Below are positions 21,432-30,502 of a stretch of DNA of 61,536 nucleotides, piece after piece. A program made the translations under genes and the position numbers. The notes beneath the pieces were generated by a model, which was given only the letters and a program-made list of their open reading frames with translations, did no database searches and was not told where the DNA came from. Source of the DNA: an uncultured Clavibacter sp. GTDB taxonomy: Bacteria > Actinomycetota > Actinomycetes > Nanopelagicales > Nanopelagicaceae. The DNA lies in contig CAYRXG010000001.1 of NCBI GenBank assembly GCA_964428285.1, positions 1 through 61,536 on the forward strand. The letters are read 5' to 3'. Within the stretch, counting starts at the first letter, position 1. Each line of letters opens with the position of its first letter.

Positions 21432-22805
21432 TTATTCAGCTACTTGTTGATCCGATTTTTGGTCTGATTGTTCTGGAGCTGAAGTGGCCGCAGCCGCGTC
21501 AGCAGCTTGAGCTTCTGCCTTCTGCTTCTTATGCGCCATAAAGCGAGCTTGAGCTTCTGCGTATTGACGCTCCCACTCTTCACGTTGCGCTTCAAACCCT
21601 GGTTGCCACTCTTGAGTTTGTGGATCAAATCCTTCTGGATAGATGAAGTTTCCATTTTCATCATATCTAGCTGGCATTCCATATTGAGTTGGATCGAAGG
21701 CTTCTACAGGTACATCTTGTCCTTCGTTAGCTTGTTTTAATGAGAGCGAGATTCGACGTCGCTCGAGATCTATATCGATAATTTTTACGAAAAGTTGATC
21801 TCCTACTTGAACAACTTGCTCTGGAATTTCGACATGACGTTCGGCTAGCTCTGAGATGTGGACTAGTCCTTCAATGCCATCAAAAACCTTAATGAAAGCA
21901 CCGAATGGAACAAGCTTGGTAACTTCACCTGGCACAACTTGATTGATTGTGTGTGTTCGAGCGAATGCCTGCCATGGATCTTCTTGAGTTGCTTTAAGCG
22001 AGAGTGAAACGCGCTCTCTTTCAAAATCAACCTCTAGAACTTCGACGGTAACCTCATCGCCAACCTCAACAACTTCGCCTGGGTGATCAATATGTTTCCA
22101 GGAAAGCTCAGATACGTGTACAAGTCCGTCGACTCCACCAAGATCTACGAATGCTCCGAAGTTTACGATTGATGAAACTACGCCAGTTCGAACTTGACCT
22201 TTTTGAAGTTGATTAAGAAATGTAGTTCGGGATTCTGACTGCGTCTGCTCTAGGTAAGCACGGCGAGATAGAACTACGTTGTTACGATTCTTATCGAGTT
22301 CGATAATTCGAGCTTCAACTTGTTTGCCGATATATGGTGAGAGATCACGAACGCGTCTCATTTCAACCAGAGATGCAGGCAAGAAACCACGAAGTCCAAT
22401 ATCTACGATGAGACCGCCTTTAACAACCTCAATGACGGTTCCAATAACAACTTCATCGCGCTCTTTCTTGGCTTCGATCTCTCCCCAAGCTTTTTCATAT
22501 TGAGCACGTTTCTTTGAGAGGATTAAACGACCCTCTTTATCTTCTTTCTGTAATACTAAAGCTTCGATCTGCTCTCCAATTTTTACTAGTTCGCTTGGAT
22601 CAAGATCGTTTCTAATCGAAAGTTCTCTGGAGGGAATAACGCCCTCAGTTTTATATCCAATATCTAATAGAACTTCGTCGCGATCAACTTGTACGACAAC
22701 ACCAGTGACTAAATCACCGTCGTTAAAATTCTTAATTGTTCCTTCGATTGCTGCTAAGAATTCGGCAGCTGAGCCAACATCATTAACTGAGATTTGAGTA
22801 GACAA
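21432..22805 (-). CDS. rpsA: 30S ribosomal protein S1
   Basis: 457 aa with repeated S1 domains (GxVxxVxxxGAFVDLGG type). TTG start with GGAG 4 nt upstream. Acidic/Ala-rich C-terminal tail. Confidence 0.95.
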   Translation of the reverse strand: MSTQISVNDVGSAAEFLAAIEGTIKNFNDGDLVTGVVVQVDRDEVLLDIGYKTEGVIPSRELSIRNDLDPSELVKIGEQIEALVLQKEDKEGRLILSKKRAQYEKAWGEIEAKKERDEVVIGTVIEVVKGGLIVDIGLRGFLPASLVEMRRVRDLSPYIGKQVEARIIELDKNRNNVVLSRRAYLEQTQSESRTTFLNQLQKGQVRTGVVSSIVNFGAFVDLGGVDGLVHVSELSWKHIDHPGEVVEVGDEVTVEVLEVDFERERVSLSLKATQEDPWQAFARTHTINQVVPGEVTKLVPFGAFIKVFDGIEGLVHISELAERHVEIPEQVVQVGDQLFVKIIDIDLERRRISLSLKQANEGQDVPVEAFDPTQYGMPARYDENGNFIYPEGFDPQTQEWQPGFEAQREEWERQYAEAQARFMAHKKQKAEAQAADAAAATSAPEQSDQKSDQQVAE

Positions 22806-22956
22806 TTTTCTCCGGGGGTAAAACTTCTAGTAGGGCACGCTTTAGACCTGACTCCAGAATCTGGGCATTTCCTACTCTGTCTTAGGCGATGCAAGAATCC
22901 AATGCGAGGCTCGTAGAGTACTTATGCGTGAGGTCCAAGGCAATTTCGGGCCTGCC

Positions 22957-25530
22957 TTAATGGGCAGCAGAATCCCAGCTTCGCCCAAAACCAACATTTA
23001 CGTCTAAAGGTGCGCGTAGCGGATATGCCGCTCCCATCTCTTTTCTAACTAATAGCTCTAACGAGGCTTCTTCTCCTTCGGCCACTTCAAAAATCAATTC
23101 GTCATGAACTTGTAAAAGAATTCTAGAGCGAAGTTTCTTTTCGTTTATCGACTTGGAAACTTTCAACATAGCAACCTTAATAATGTCTGCTGCGGATCCT
23201 TGAATTGGAGCATTGAGAGCCATTCGTTCTGCTACTTCCCTGCGCTGTCGATTTTCGTGGTTTAAATCTGGGAGATAACGACGTCTTCCTAAAATCGTTT
23301 CTGTATATCCCTTTTCTCTGGCAATACGAACAACTTCCTTCAAGTAATCCTGGATACCGCCAAAACGTTCAAAATACTTTGCCATAAGTGCGCTTGCTTC
23401 CGAAGGTGAAATATCCAATTGTTGAGCTAATCCAAATGATGACAGACCATAAGCAAGTCCATATGACATAGCTTTAATTTGACGTCGCATCTCGCTATCA
23501 ACTTGTGAAACCGAGACACCAAATACTTGTGCTGCAACTGTTGAATGTAAATCTTCTCCCGCTGCAAAAGCCTTCAATAGACCTGAATCATTTGATAGAT
23601 GGGCCATGATTCTCATTTCAATCTGACTGTAATCGGCAGTCATCAACACTGAGTATGGTGGTTGAGCGATAAATGAATTACGAATCTTTCGACCTTCTTC
23701 GGTTCTAATTGGAATATTTTGAAGATTTGGTTCGGTCGAAGAGAGACGTCCCGTCGCTGCCACTGTCTGCTGAAAGTTTGTATGAATACGGCCATCTTTA
23801 GCGATTGCGCTCTGCAAACCCTCGACAGTTGTTCTTAACTTAGAAACTTCGCGAATCCGCAATAAATTCTGCAGAACAGGATGTTTGGTCGTTGCGTACA
23901 ACCACTCTAAGGATTCAGCATCAGTACTAAAGCCCGTCTTAATTCTCTTAGTTTTTGGCAATTTCAGATCATCGAATAAAACTGTCTGTAGTTGCTTTGG
24001 GGAAGATACATTAAATTCTCGCCCCGCTGCCGCATAGACCGCCTTTGTTGCAGAATGTTCTGCTTCGGCAAATTCATTATGAAGTCTTCCTAGTTCGTTT
24101 CCATCCACTGCTATTCCAGTGGATTCCATCTGCGCCAAAAGAATCATAGTTGGCATCTCTAATTCATTAAACAAATTGGTTAATTCTCGCTGAGATAGTT
24201 CACTCAACAATCTCTCTTGAAGGACTGGCATTTGCAGAATAAGTTCACTCGCCGGAACTTCAGTAAAAAGATCAGATTCTGACCTCTCAATGCCGAGAAA
24301 CTTTCTCATTATTTCGGCTATTCCAAGATCTCTCGTTCCTGGATTAATGAGATATGCCGCAATTTCACTATCGAAAACAATCTTCCCGCCTAAATCGCTT
24401 TTCGCTAATTGCTTACCTTGATGAGTAGATATCTGCAGATTACTTAGTAAATCATTTTCATATCTAAGTTCAAATAATTCCTTACCGGTAAAGGTTATAT
24501 ATAAGACCTCTTGTTCCGGCAAAACGTAAGCATAATTATTCACTTTATCTTTAAATTCAACGAAATCCTCTCTGCTTTTTGATTTCTTAATGGGATTAGG
24601 AATTGATTTTTTATTTTCGTTTTTAGAATCGTTGGACTTTTTCATGCTTGTTACTTCAGCGTTGCTAATCGTTTTGATACGATCACGAAGCGCCTTAATC
24701 TCGAGTTTTTCAAATAGTGAAAGTGCGCTCTCTTGGTTGATTCCTCTCCATTTCATTTCAGCAATATCAAAATTAAGCGGGGCATCTTTTCTTAGCTGAG
24801 TTAATTCTCGGTTTAATCGGACATTAGTAAGAGATGCTCGCAGCGAATCGCCAGCTTTCCCGGAAATCTCAGCAACATGTGAAAGCAAATTTTCTAGCGA
24901 TTCATATTCGATAACCCATTTGGCGGCAGTCTTCTCGCCTACGCCCGGAATCGATGGCAGATTGTCGCTGGGATCTCCCCGAAGTGCAGCAAAATCTGGA
25001 TACTGCTTTGGAGTTAAACCGTATTTCTCGAAGACTGCTGTGGGAGTCATTCGAGCTAGTTCAGTTACTCCTTTTTTTGGATAGAGCACAGTTACCGAAT
25101 CAGTTACCAATTGAAATGAGTCTCTATCGCCTGAACAGATTAGAGCTTGTGAATCATCTCCCATTCTAGACACGATAGTTGCAATCAAGTCGTCAGCTTC
25201 AAATCCCTCAATTTCATAAGTGGGAATTTGAAACGCATTTAGTAACTCATAGATGTAACTGATTTGAGATCGAAACTCATCAGGAGTTGATTTTCTATTT
25301 GCCTTGTATTCTGGAAACTTCTCTGTCCGAAAAGTCTTACGTGATACATCAAAGGCTGCTGCTATATGGGTTGGTTTCTCATCTCGAATCAGATTTATCA
25401 GCATAGATGCGAATCCGTAGATTGCATTTGTATGCTGTCCTGAACTGGAGACAAAATTTTCGACCGGCAAGGCATAGAAAGCTCGATATGCCAAAGAATG
25501 GCCATCGATTAATAGAAGCCGGGTAGTCAT
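22957..25530 (-). CDS. polA: DNA polymerase I
   Basis: 5'-nuclease N-terminus (LLLIDGHSLAYRAFYA) and pol motifs DYSQIEMRIMAH, RRQIKAMSYGLAYG and QVHDELIFE. I chose the ATG at 25530 (MTTRLLLIDG) over the 11-codon longer ORF. Confidence 0.95.
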   Translation of the reverse strand: MTTRLLLIDGHSLAYRAFYALPVENFVSSSGQHTNAIYGFASMLINLIRDEKPTHIAAAFDVSRKTFRTEKFPEYKANRKSTPDEFRSQISYIYELLNAFQIPTYEIEGFEADDLIATIVSRMGDDSQALICSGDRDSFQLVTDSVTVLYPKKGVTELARMTPTAVFEKYGLTPKQYPDFAALRGDPSDNLPSIPGVGEKTAAKWVIEYESLENLLSHVAEISGKAGDSLRASLTNVRLNRELTQLRKDAPLNFDIAEMKWRGINQESALSLFEKLEIKALRDRIKTISNAEVTSMKKSNDSKNENKKSIPNPIKKSKSREDFVEFKDKVNNYAYVLPEQEVLYITFTGKELFELRYENDLLSNLQISTHQGKQLAKSDLGGKIVFDSEIAAYLINPGTRDLGIAEIMRKFLGIERSESDLFTEVPASELILQMPVLQERLLSELSQRELTNLFNELEMPTMILLAQMESTGIAVDGNELGRLHNEFAEAEHSATKAVYAAAGREFNVSSPKQLQTVLFDDLKLPKTKRIKTGFSTDAESLEWLYATTKHPVLQNLLRIREVSKLRTTVEGLQSAIAKDGRIHTNFQQTVAATGRLSSTEPNLQNIPIRTEEGRKIRNSFIAQPPYSVLMTADYSQIEMRIMAHLSNDSGLLKAFAAGEDLHSTVAAQVFGVSVSQVDSEMRRQIKAMSYGLAYGLSSFGLAQQLDISPSEASALMAKYFERFGGIQDYLKEVVRIAREKGYTETILGRRRYLPDLNHENRQRREVAERMALNAPIQGSAADIIKVAMLKVSKSINEKKLRSRILLQVHDELIFEVAEGEEASLELLVRKEMGAAYPLRAPLDVNVGFGRSWDSAAH

Positions 25531-25571
25531 TGCAACCACAATCTTAGAGTTTGGGACATACAATTACGTTC

Positions 25572-25976
25572 ATGAGTGACTTTATGGAGATTTTGCGAGA
25601 ACGAGGTCGAGGCGAACTCGATAAAAAAATGGGTATTGAGATAATCGAAGCTTCGCCAGAGCGACTAGTAGCAACCATGCCCGTGGCGGGTAATACCCAG
25701 CCGCTGGGACTACTTCATGGTGGAGCAAATGTTGTCCTTGCCGAGAGCCTTGGGTCAATTGGAACACAACTTCATGCCGGTCCTACTCGCAAAATTGTCG
25801 GCGTGGATATAAATGCTACGCATCATAAATCTGCAACCTCTGGAATTGTTACGGGCGTCGCTACCGCAGTATCACTTGGGAAAACTCTATGTTGCTATGA
25901 AATTGAGATTACCAATGATAAAGGTGAAAGAACATGTTCTGCTCGTATTACTTGTTTAATTTTGGCAGAACGGTAG
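25572..25976 (+). CDS. Hotdog-fold (PaaI/YbdB-type) acyl-CoA thioesterase
   Basis: About 135 aa with GLLHGGANVVLAESLGS and the later hotdog strands, typical of the PaaI family. I chose the start at 25572 (MSDFMEIL). The 3' end overlaps pdtaR convergently by 29 bp. Confidence 0.75.
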   Translation: MSDFMEILRERGRGELDKKMGIEIIEASPERLVATMPVAGNTQPLGLLHGGANVVLAESLGSIGTQLHAGPTRKIVGVDINATHHKSATSGIVTGVATAVSLGKTLCCYEIEITNDKGERTCSARITCLILAER

Positions 25977-26553
25977 TTGCTTGATTCGGATCTAGAATTG
26001 CGAGCGAAATTTCTTTCATGGTAACACGTCGATCCATAGCGCTTTTCTGAATCCATTTAAAGGCTTCGGGCTCTGAAAGATTCATCGCTTTCATCAGAAT
26101 CCCTTTTGCTTGATCAACTAGTTTTCTAGTCTCCAATCTTTCGGTTAAATCACTTATCTCATCCTGCAATGCCAGTAATTGTTGATAGCGGCTTAAGGCA
26201 ATTTCTATGGCAGGAACTAAGTCATCTATCGTGAATGGCTTTACAACGTAACTCATTACACCAGCATCCCGAGCTCGTTCTACCAAGTCTCTTTGGCTGA
26301 ATGCAGTTAACATTAAAGTGGGACAGAGCTTCGAAATCTTTTCTGCAGCCGAGATGCCATCAAGTTTAGGCATCTTTACATCGAGAATTGCCAAATCTGG
26401 CTTTTTCTCTTCGGCTTGCGCAATAGCTTCCTCGCCATTTGATGCCTCTGCAATTACTTCATAACCAGCTTCACGCAACATTTCGGCCAAATCAAGGCGA
26501 ATCAATGTTTCATCTTCAGCAATTAGTATCCGCTTGGAAATCTGATTAACCAT
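25948..26553 (-). CDS. pdtaR: ANTAR-domain response regulator PdtaR
   Basis: Receiver domain (ILIAEDETLIRLDLAEMLREAGYEV...DVKMP) plus an ANTAR domain (LETRKLVDQAKGILM...EPEAFKWIQKSAMDRR). Colinear with mycobacterial PdtaR over its whole length. The ATG at 26553 is the only plausible start. Confidence 0.92.
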   Translation of the reverse strand: MVNQISKRILIAEDETLIRLDLAEMLREAGYEVIAEASNGEEAIAQAEEKKPDLAILDVKMPKLDGISAAEKISKLCPTLMLTAFSQRDLVERARDAGVMSYVVKPFTIDDLVPAIEIALSRYQQLLALQDEISDLTERLETRKLVDQAKGILMKAMNLSEPEAFKWIQKSAMDRRVTMKEISLAILDPNQATTVLPKLNK

Positions 26554-26554
26554 G

Positions 26555-26627
26555 TGCCTCGAGTCGGATTCGAACCGACACTATACGGTTTTTGAGACCG
26601 TCCTCTCTACCGTTGGAGTACCGAGGC
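26555..26627 (-). tRNA. tRNA, 73 nt, class I cloverleaf, anticodon CAA by loop geometry (nominally Leu; atypical)
   Basis: Hand fold of the minus strand: GCCUCGG-UA-CUCC/AACGGUAG/AGAG-G-ACGGU/CUCAAAA/ACCGU-AUAGU-GUCGG/UUCGAAU/CCGAC-UCGAGGC-A. It has U8-A14, A15-U48, G18G19, G26.A44 and a T-loop consensus. CCA is not encoded. The gene call is solid; the isotype is uncertain. Confidence 0.85.
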
Positions 26628-26641
26628 AAGAAACGCATAGT

Positions 26642-28081
26642 TTAGCGATAGGCCGGAGCCAGGCCGCCAACTGCATCTCCAATTTGATGAACACGCATAG
26701 CATTTGTAGAACCAGGAATTCCTGGAGGCGAACCTGCAACGATCATGATTAACTCACCTTTGTTAACTCGATTCTTCTGCAAGAGTACTGAGTCAACCTG
26801 TTTAACCATTTGATCCGTAGTTTCAACTAGAGGCATGATTAAAGGTTCAACACCCCACGAAAGCGAGAGTTGTCGATATGTGGCTTCATCTGGAGTTAAA
26901 GCAACAACAGGGATATTTGAGCGCAAACGAGACATTCTTCGCGCAGAGTCTCCTGATTTTGTAAACGTAGCAAGAATCTTTGCTCCGATTACCCGTCCGA
27001 CTTCCGTAGCTGCTTTTGTGATTGCGCCACCTTTAGTCTTTGGATCATGCATCAAAGCTGGAATTAAGTGCAACGCATCGCTTTCAGTTTTTTCGATGAT
27101 ACGCGCCATCGTCTTAACTGCTTCTATCGGATAATTTCCAGTGCTTGTTTCCCCGGAGAGCATGAGCGCATCTGCTCCATCCAATATTGCATTTGCGCAA
27201 TCGGTAGCTTCGGCGCGAGTTGGACGAGAATTTGTCATCATGGAATCCAACATTTGAGTTGCCACAATAACTGGCTTCGCATTTTCACGAGCCGCAGTAA
27301 TGCATCGCTTCTGAATAAGTGGAATCTCTTCGATCGGCATTTCTACACCAAGGTCGCCGCGCGCCACCATGATTCCATCAAAAGCTTCAATAATTGCATC
27401 TAGATTTTCAACTGCCTGAGGCTTCTCAATTTTCGCAATTACTGGAAGTCGCACTCCAACCTCATCCATTATTTGATGAACTTTTTCAATATCTTTTGCA
27501 GATCTAACAAATGAAAGTGCGACAAAATCGGCACCTTCCGCTATCCCCCACTTCAAATCTTCAATATCTTTATCCGACATAGCCGGAACAGATACTGCAA
27601 CTCCAGGAAGATTCAATCCTTTGCTATTTGAGATTTGTCCAGACTCCACGCACTTTGTAAGAACCTCAGTACCCTTAACACTTTGAACTTCAACGATGAC
27701 TTTTCCATCATCAATAAGTATCAAATCACCAGCTTTGCAGTCTTTGGGAAGATCCTTGTAGGTAGTACTCGCTCTCTCTTTTGTTCCAAGTACTTCTTCG
27801 GTGGTAATTGTAAAAAGATCACCTATTTCTAATTGATAGAAATCAGCTGCAAATTTTCCTAATCTAATCTTCGGACCTTGTAGATCTATTAGTACTGCTA
27901 CGGGGGCTTGTTTTTTCTCAGCAACTTTTCTAACTAAATCTAAGCGATTCTTGTGATCTTTATGTGTTCCGTGCGACAAATTCAATCGAGCAACATTCAT
28001 GCCGGCTTCGATTAATGCCTCAACTTTTTCAATACTTTCTACCGCCGGCCCTAAGGTGCAAACGATTTTTGCTCTACGCAC
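26642..28081 (-). CDS. pyk: Pyruvate kinase
   Basis: Contains RRAKIVCTLGPA, NLSHG, MVARGDLGVE and LSGETS. I chose the GTG at 28081 (VRRAKIV), which has GGAGAGG 8 nt upstream, over the TTG at 28102. Confidence 0.95.
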   Translation of the reverse strand: MRRAKIVCTLGPAVESIEKVEALIEAGMNVARLNLSHGTHKDHKNRLDLVRKVAEKKQAPVAVLIDLQGPKIRLGKFAADFYQLEIGDLFTITTEEVLGTKERASTTYKDLPKDCKAGDLILIDDGKVIVEVQSVKGTEVLTKCVESGQISNSKGLNLPGVAVSVPAMSDKDIEDLKWGIAEGADFVALSFVRSAKDIEKVHQIMDEVGVRLPVIAKIEKPQAVENLDAIIEAFDGIMVARGDLGVEMPIEEIPLIQKRCITAARENAKPVIVATQMLDSMMTNSRPTRAEATDCANAILDGADALMLSGETSTGNYPIEAVKTMARIIEKTESDALHLIPALMHDPKTKGGAITKAATEVGRVIGAKILATFTKSGDSARRMSRLRSNIPVVALTPDEATYRQLSLSWGVEPLIMPLVETTDQMVKQVDSVLLQKNRVNKGELIMIVAGSPPGIPGSTNAMRVHQIGDAVGGLAPAYR

Positions 28082-28165
28082 TTTGGGACCTCTCCACTGC
28101 AAGATTTAAAACTTTATCGGACGACTTTGTCCCAATGCTGATTCTATCAAGAGGTGCAGTTGCAG

Positions 28166-28885
28166 CTAAATGCCAGAGATATTGGCTATTTGACCTACTC
28201 CGGCAGTAATAGCCATGCCTAATGCTCCGCCGAAAACAATTCTTGAAGTTGTCCTCAGAACACTTGAACCAGCAATTCGCGCACTTATGATTCCTGCGAT
28301 AACTAAGCCAACAAAAGTAATCAACACGATGGAAAGGGCTTTACCTCCCAAACTGGGGGCAAATGCGCCAACAAATGGGATCAAGCCTCCTGCAGTAAAA
28401 CTGAGCGCCGAAGCAACTGCTGCTTGAAATGGGCGAGCTTTGGTTGCTTCATGATGACCTAACTCATCCCGCAGATGCGCAGCAAGTGGATCTTTTGCAT
28501 GCAACTCTCTAGCAACAGACTCGGCAAGTTTTCGAGAAATACCACGTGATTCGTAAATCTTTGTTAATTCTTCCAATTCAGCCTCTGGATCTAATTCCAG
28601 TTGTCTCATTTCGAGCTCTTTATCGGATTGTTCAATATCATTTTGTGAACGCACTGAGACAAATTCACCCACTGCCATCGACATTGAGCCAGCTGCTATA
28701 GCAGCCAATCCTGCGGTCAATACAAAATCATTTCGACCAGCTGTAACCACACCAATCATCAATGATGCAGTTGAAACTAAACCATCATTAGCGCCAAGCA
28801 CGGCCGCTCTTAACCATCCTGCTCTATGACTTCGATGATTTTCATCGCCAAGATCATGCTCTGATTTAGATATTGCTTGCGACAT
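28166..28885 (-). CDS. VIT1/CCC1-family iron/manganese transporter
   Basis: Contains AAVLGANDGLVSTASLMIGV, a central acidic helical loop, and C-terminal TM helices typical of the VIT family. Confidence 0.8.
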   Translation of the reverse strand: MSQAISKSEHDLGDENHRSHRAGWLRAAVLGANDGLVSTASLMIGVVTAGRNDFVLTAGLAAIAAGSMSMAVGEFVSVRSQNDIEQSDKELEMRQLELDPEAELEELTKIYESRGISRKLAESVARELHAKDPLAAHLRDELGHHEATKARPFQAAVASALSFTAGGLIPFVGAFAPSLGGKALSIVLITFVGLVIAGIISARIAGSSVLRTTSRIVFGGALGMAITAGVGQIANISGI

Positions 28886-28899
28886 ATGAGAATTCTAAC

Positions 28900-29712
28900 T
28901 TAAATATTAGCCGTTTTTGTTAATTTGTTACGTTGGCGGTTCCTCTTAAGCAGATAGAGAACTGCAGAAGAAAATAGCAATGCGCTCGTCCAAACATTTA
29001 ATCGTAAGCCAAATATTAAGTTGGCATCATCAATTCTAAAGGTTTCAATTACTCCCCGGCCTAATGAGTAGCCCGCAACATAAAGGGCAAAGATAGAACC
29101 ACTCTTGAGATCATTTAATTTGTGAACCTTAATTAAAAGTATCGCCAAGAAAAAGCACCAAAGTGACTCGTATAAAAATGTTGGGTGAAAAGTTTCAAAA
29201 TTACTAAAACCCAATGGTCGATATTTTTCGGGGATTTGAAGCGCCCAAGGCGCATCGAGGGGTCTGCCAAATAACTCTTTATTGAACCAATTCCCGAACC
29301 TTCCGACGGCTTGAGCTACTAGTAATCCGGGAGCTAACGCATCTGCAAAGACTGAGAAATTAATCTCGCCTCGTTTTGAATGCTTTCGAAAAGATAGAAA
29401 GGCGACTACCGCTCCAAGACTTATTGCGCCCCAAATACCTAGTCCACCTTCCCAGATAAATAGTGCCGAAACCGGATCTGCTAAGTATTTATCTGGAGAA
29501 GTTAAGACGTGATAAAGCCTTCCCCCAATAATTCCGGCAGGAACTGCATAAATCGCTATATCGCCCACCAAACCTGTTTGGCCACCTCTGGCAACAAATC
29601 TTTTATTTCCAATAAATATTGCCAGAGCGATACCAACAATTATGCATAGCGCATAAAAATGAATCGTTAGTGGACCAAGTTCTAACGTGGATTGACTTGG
29701 CGAGGGAATCAC
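28900..29712 (-). CDS. lgt: Prolipoprotein diacylglyceryl transferase
   Basis: GTG start sharing one base with the upstream stop (TAGTG). Contains HFYALCIIVG, GGRLYHV and GRFGNWFNKELFG. Confidence 0.93.
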   Translation of the reverse strand: MIPSPSQSTLELGPLTIHFYALCIIVGIALAIFIGNKRFVARGGQTGLVGDIAIYAVPAGIIGGRLYHVLTSPDKYLADPVSALFIWEGGLGIWGAISLGAVVAFLSFRKHSKRGEINFSVFADALAPGLLVAQAVGRFGNWFNKELFGRPLDAPWALQIPEKYRPLGFSNFETFHPTFLYESLWCFFLAILLIKVHKLNDLKSGSIFALYVAGYSLGRGVIETFRIDDANLIFGLRLNVWTSALLFSSAVLYLLKRNRQRNKLTKTANI

Positions 29713-30458
29713 TATGGCTGCTTTGCTGCCTCAACCGCCGCTTTGAATTCATCTAATTTAAATTCTGCTCCACTGCGTTCCCAAAGCTTTCCATCAATAA
29801 ATACAGTTGGCGTTCCCTTTACATTGTATTTCGCCATTGAGTCATAGACGGCCTTAACTTGTTCCAAATACTTTCCATCTTTTACACAGCTAACATAATC
29901 GGCAGATGTGATTCCAAGTTTCTCACTTAAAGTTAAAAGATTTTCGTTTGTATAGGTACCTGAACCTTCTTGACCTTGCACCGCAAAAATGGCGTTATGC
30001 AAATCTAAGAATCTGCCTTCAGCTACCGAACAGAATGAAGCATTAACCGCACGAACTGAATCTTGGCCAAGGAATGAAGTCATTCGATAAGTCACTTGAG
30101 CTTCTTTGTTTCTTACCAAATCCTCGACGTATGAACCAATCTCTTTTTCAAAATCATTACAGAAGGGACACTGAGGATCTTCCCAAATTTCAACCTTCGG
30201 CTTTACCCCAGAATTGAATGTGATTCCGTAATCATCTTCTTTACTAAATGAACCAGTTAGTGCCGGGCCATTCTGAGAGGCATCAATCTTTTCTAGTGCA
30301 ACATCGAAATCACTAAGTGATGCCGAACGCTTATCTAGAACTGTAAAAATAACTCCCGAAAGAACTACAAGAGCGACCATTCCAAGAACTAAGTTCCTGG
30401 TGAGAGTGTCACCGCTCTTCTGATTGTCGCGCTGACGCTGACGTGGCTCTTTAGGCAT
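29712..30458 (-). CDS. Membrane-anchored DsbA-like thiol:disulfide oxidoreductase
   Basis: N-terminal TM anchor, thioredoxin-fold CPFC active site (EDPQCPFCNDFE), and GTPTVFIDG near the C-terminus. Confidence 0.8.
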   Translation of the reverse strand: MPKEPRQRQRDNQKSGDTLTRNLVLGMVALVVLSGVIFTVLDKRSASLSDFDVALEKIDASQNGPALTGSFSKEDDYGITFNSGVKPKVEIWEDPQCPFCNDFEKEIGSYVEDLVRNKEAQVTYRMTSFLGQDSVRAVNASFCSVAEGRFLDLHNAIFAVQGQEGSGTYTNENLLTLSEKLGITSADYVSCVKDGKYLEQVKAVYDSMAKYNVKGTPTVFIDGKLWERSGAEFKLDEFKAAVEAAKQP

Positions 30459-30502
30459 TTCGACTCCTTAACGGGCAGATTGTTGACAGGGTTGAAGTTT
30501 AT

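Noticed and set aside
22806-22956. 150-bp rpsA leader / polA 3' region, examined for an S1 autoregulatory pseudoknot, a promoter and a polA terminator.
   Set aside because: Only short hairpins were found (CCAGAUUCUGG, and CTGCC..GGCAG spanning the polA stop), with no U-tract. No -35/-10 pair had convincing spacing. I cannot support a specific call by eye.
24558-24648. Lys/Asn/Ser-rich low-complexity stretch in polA (KKSNDSKNENKKSIPNPIKKSKS), considered as an insertion or mobile remnant.
   Set aside because: It is in frame and sits at the natural linker between the 5'-nuclease domain and the degenerate 3'-5' exonuclease-like domain. I saw no repeats or flanking signatures.
26555-26628. Plus-strand reading of the same locus as a tRNA-Gln. 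It would have a U1-A72 acceptor pair TGCCTCG/CGAGGCA and an anticodon loop TTTTGAG giving UUG.
   Set aside because: On the plus strand the GGTTCGAATCC-type T-loop falls in the D-arm position and the GG-containing loop falls in the T-arm position. U8 would be replaced by A/G. Only the minus strand gives a canonical cloverleaf with the tertiary-pair nucleotides in place.
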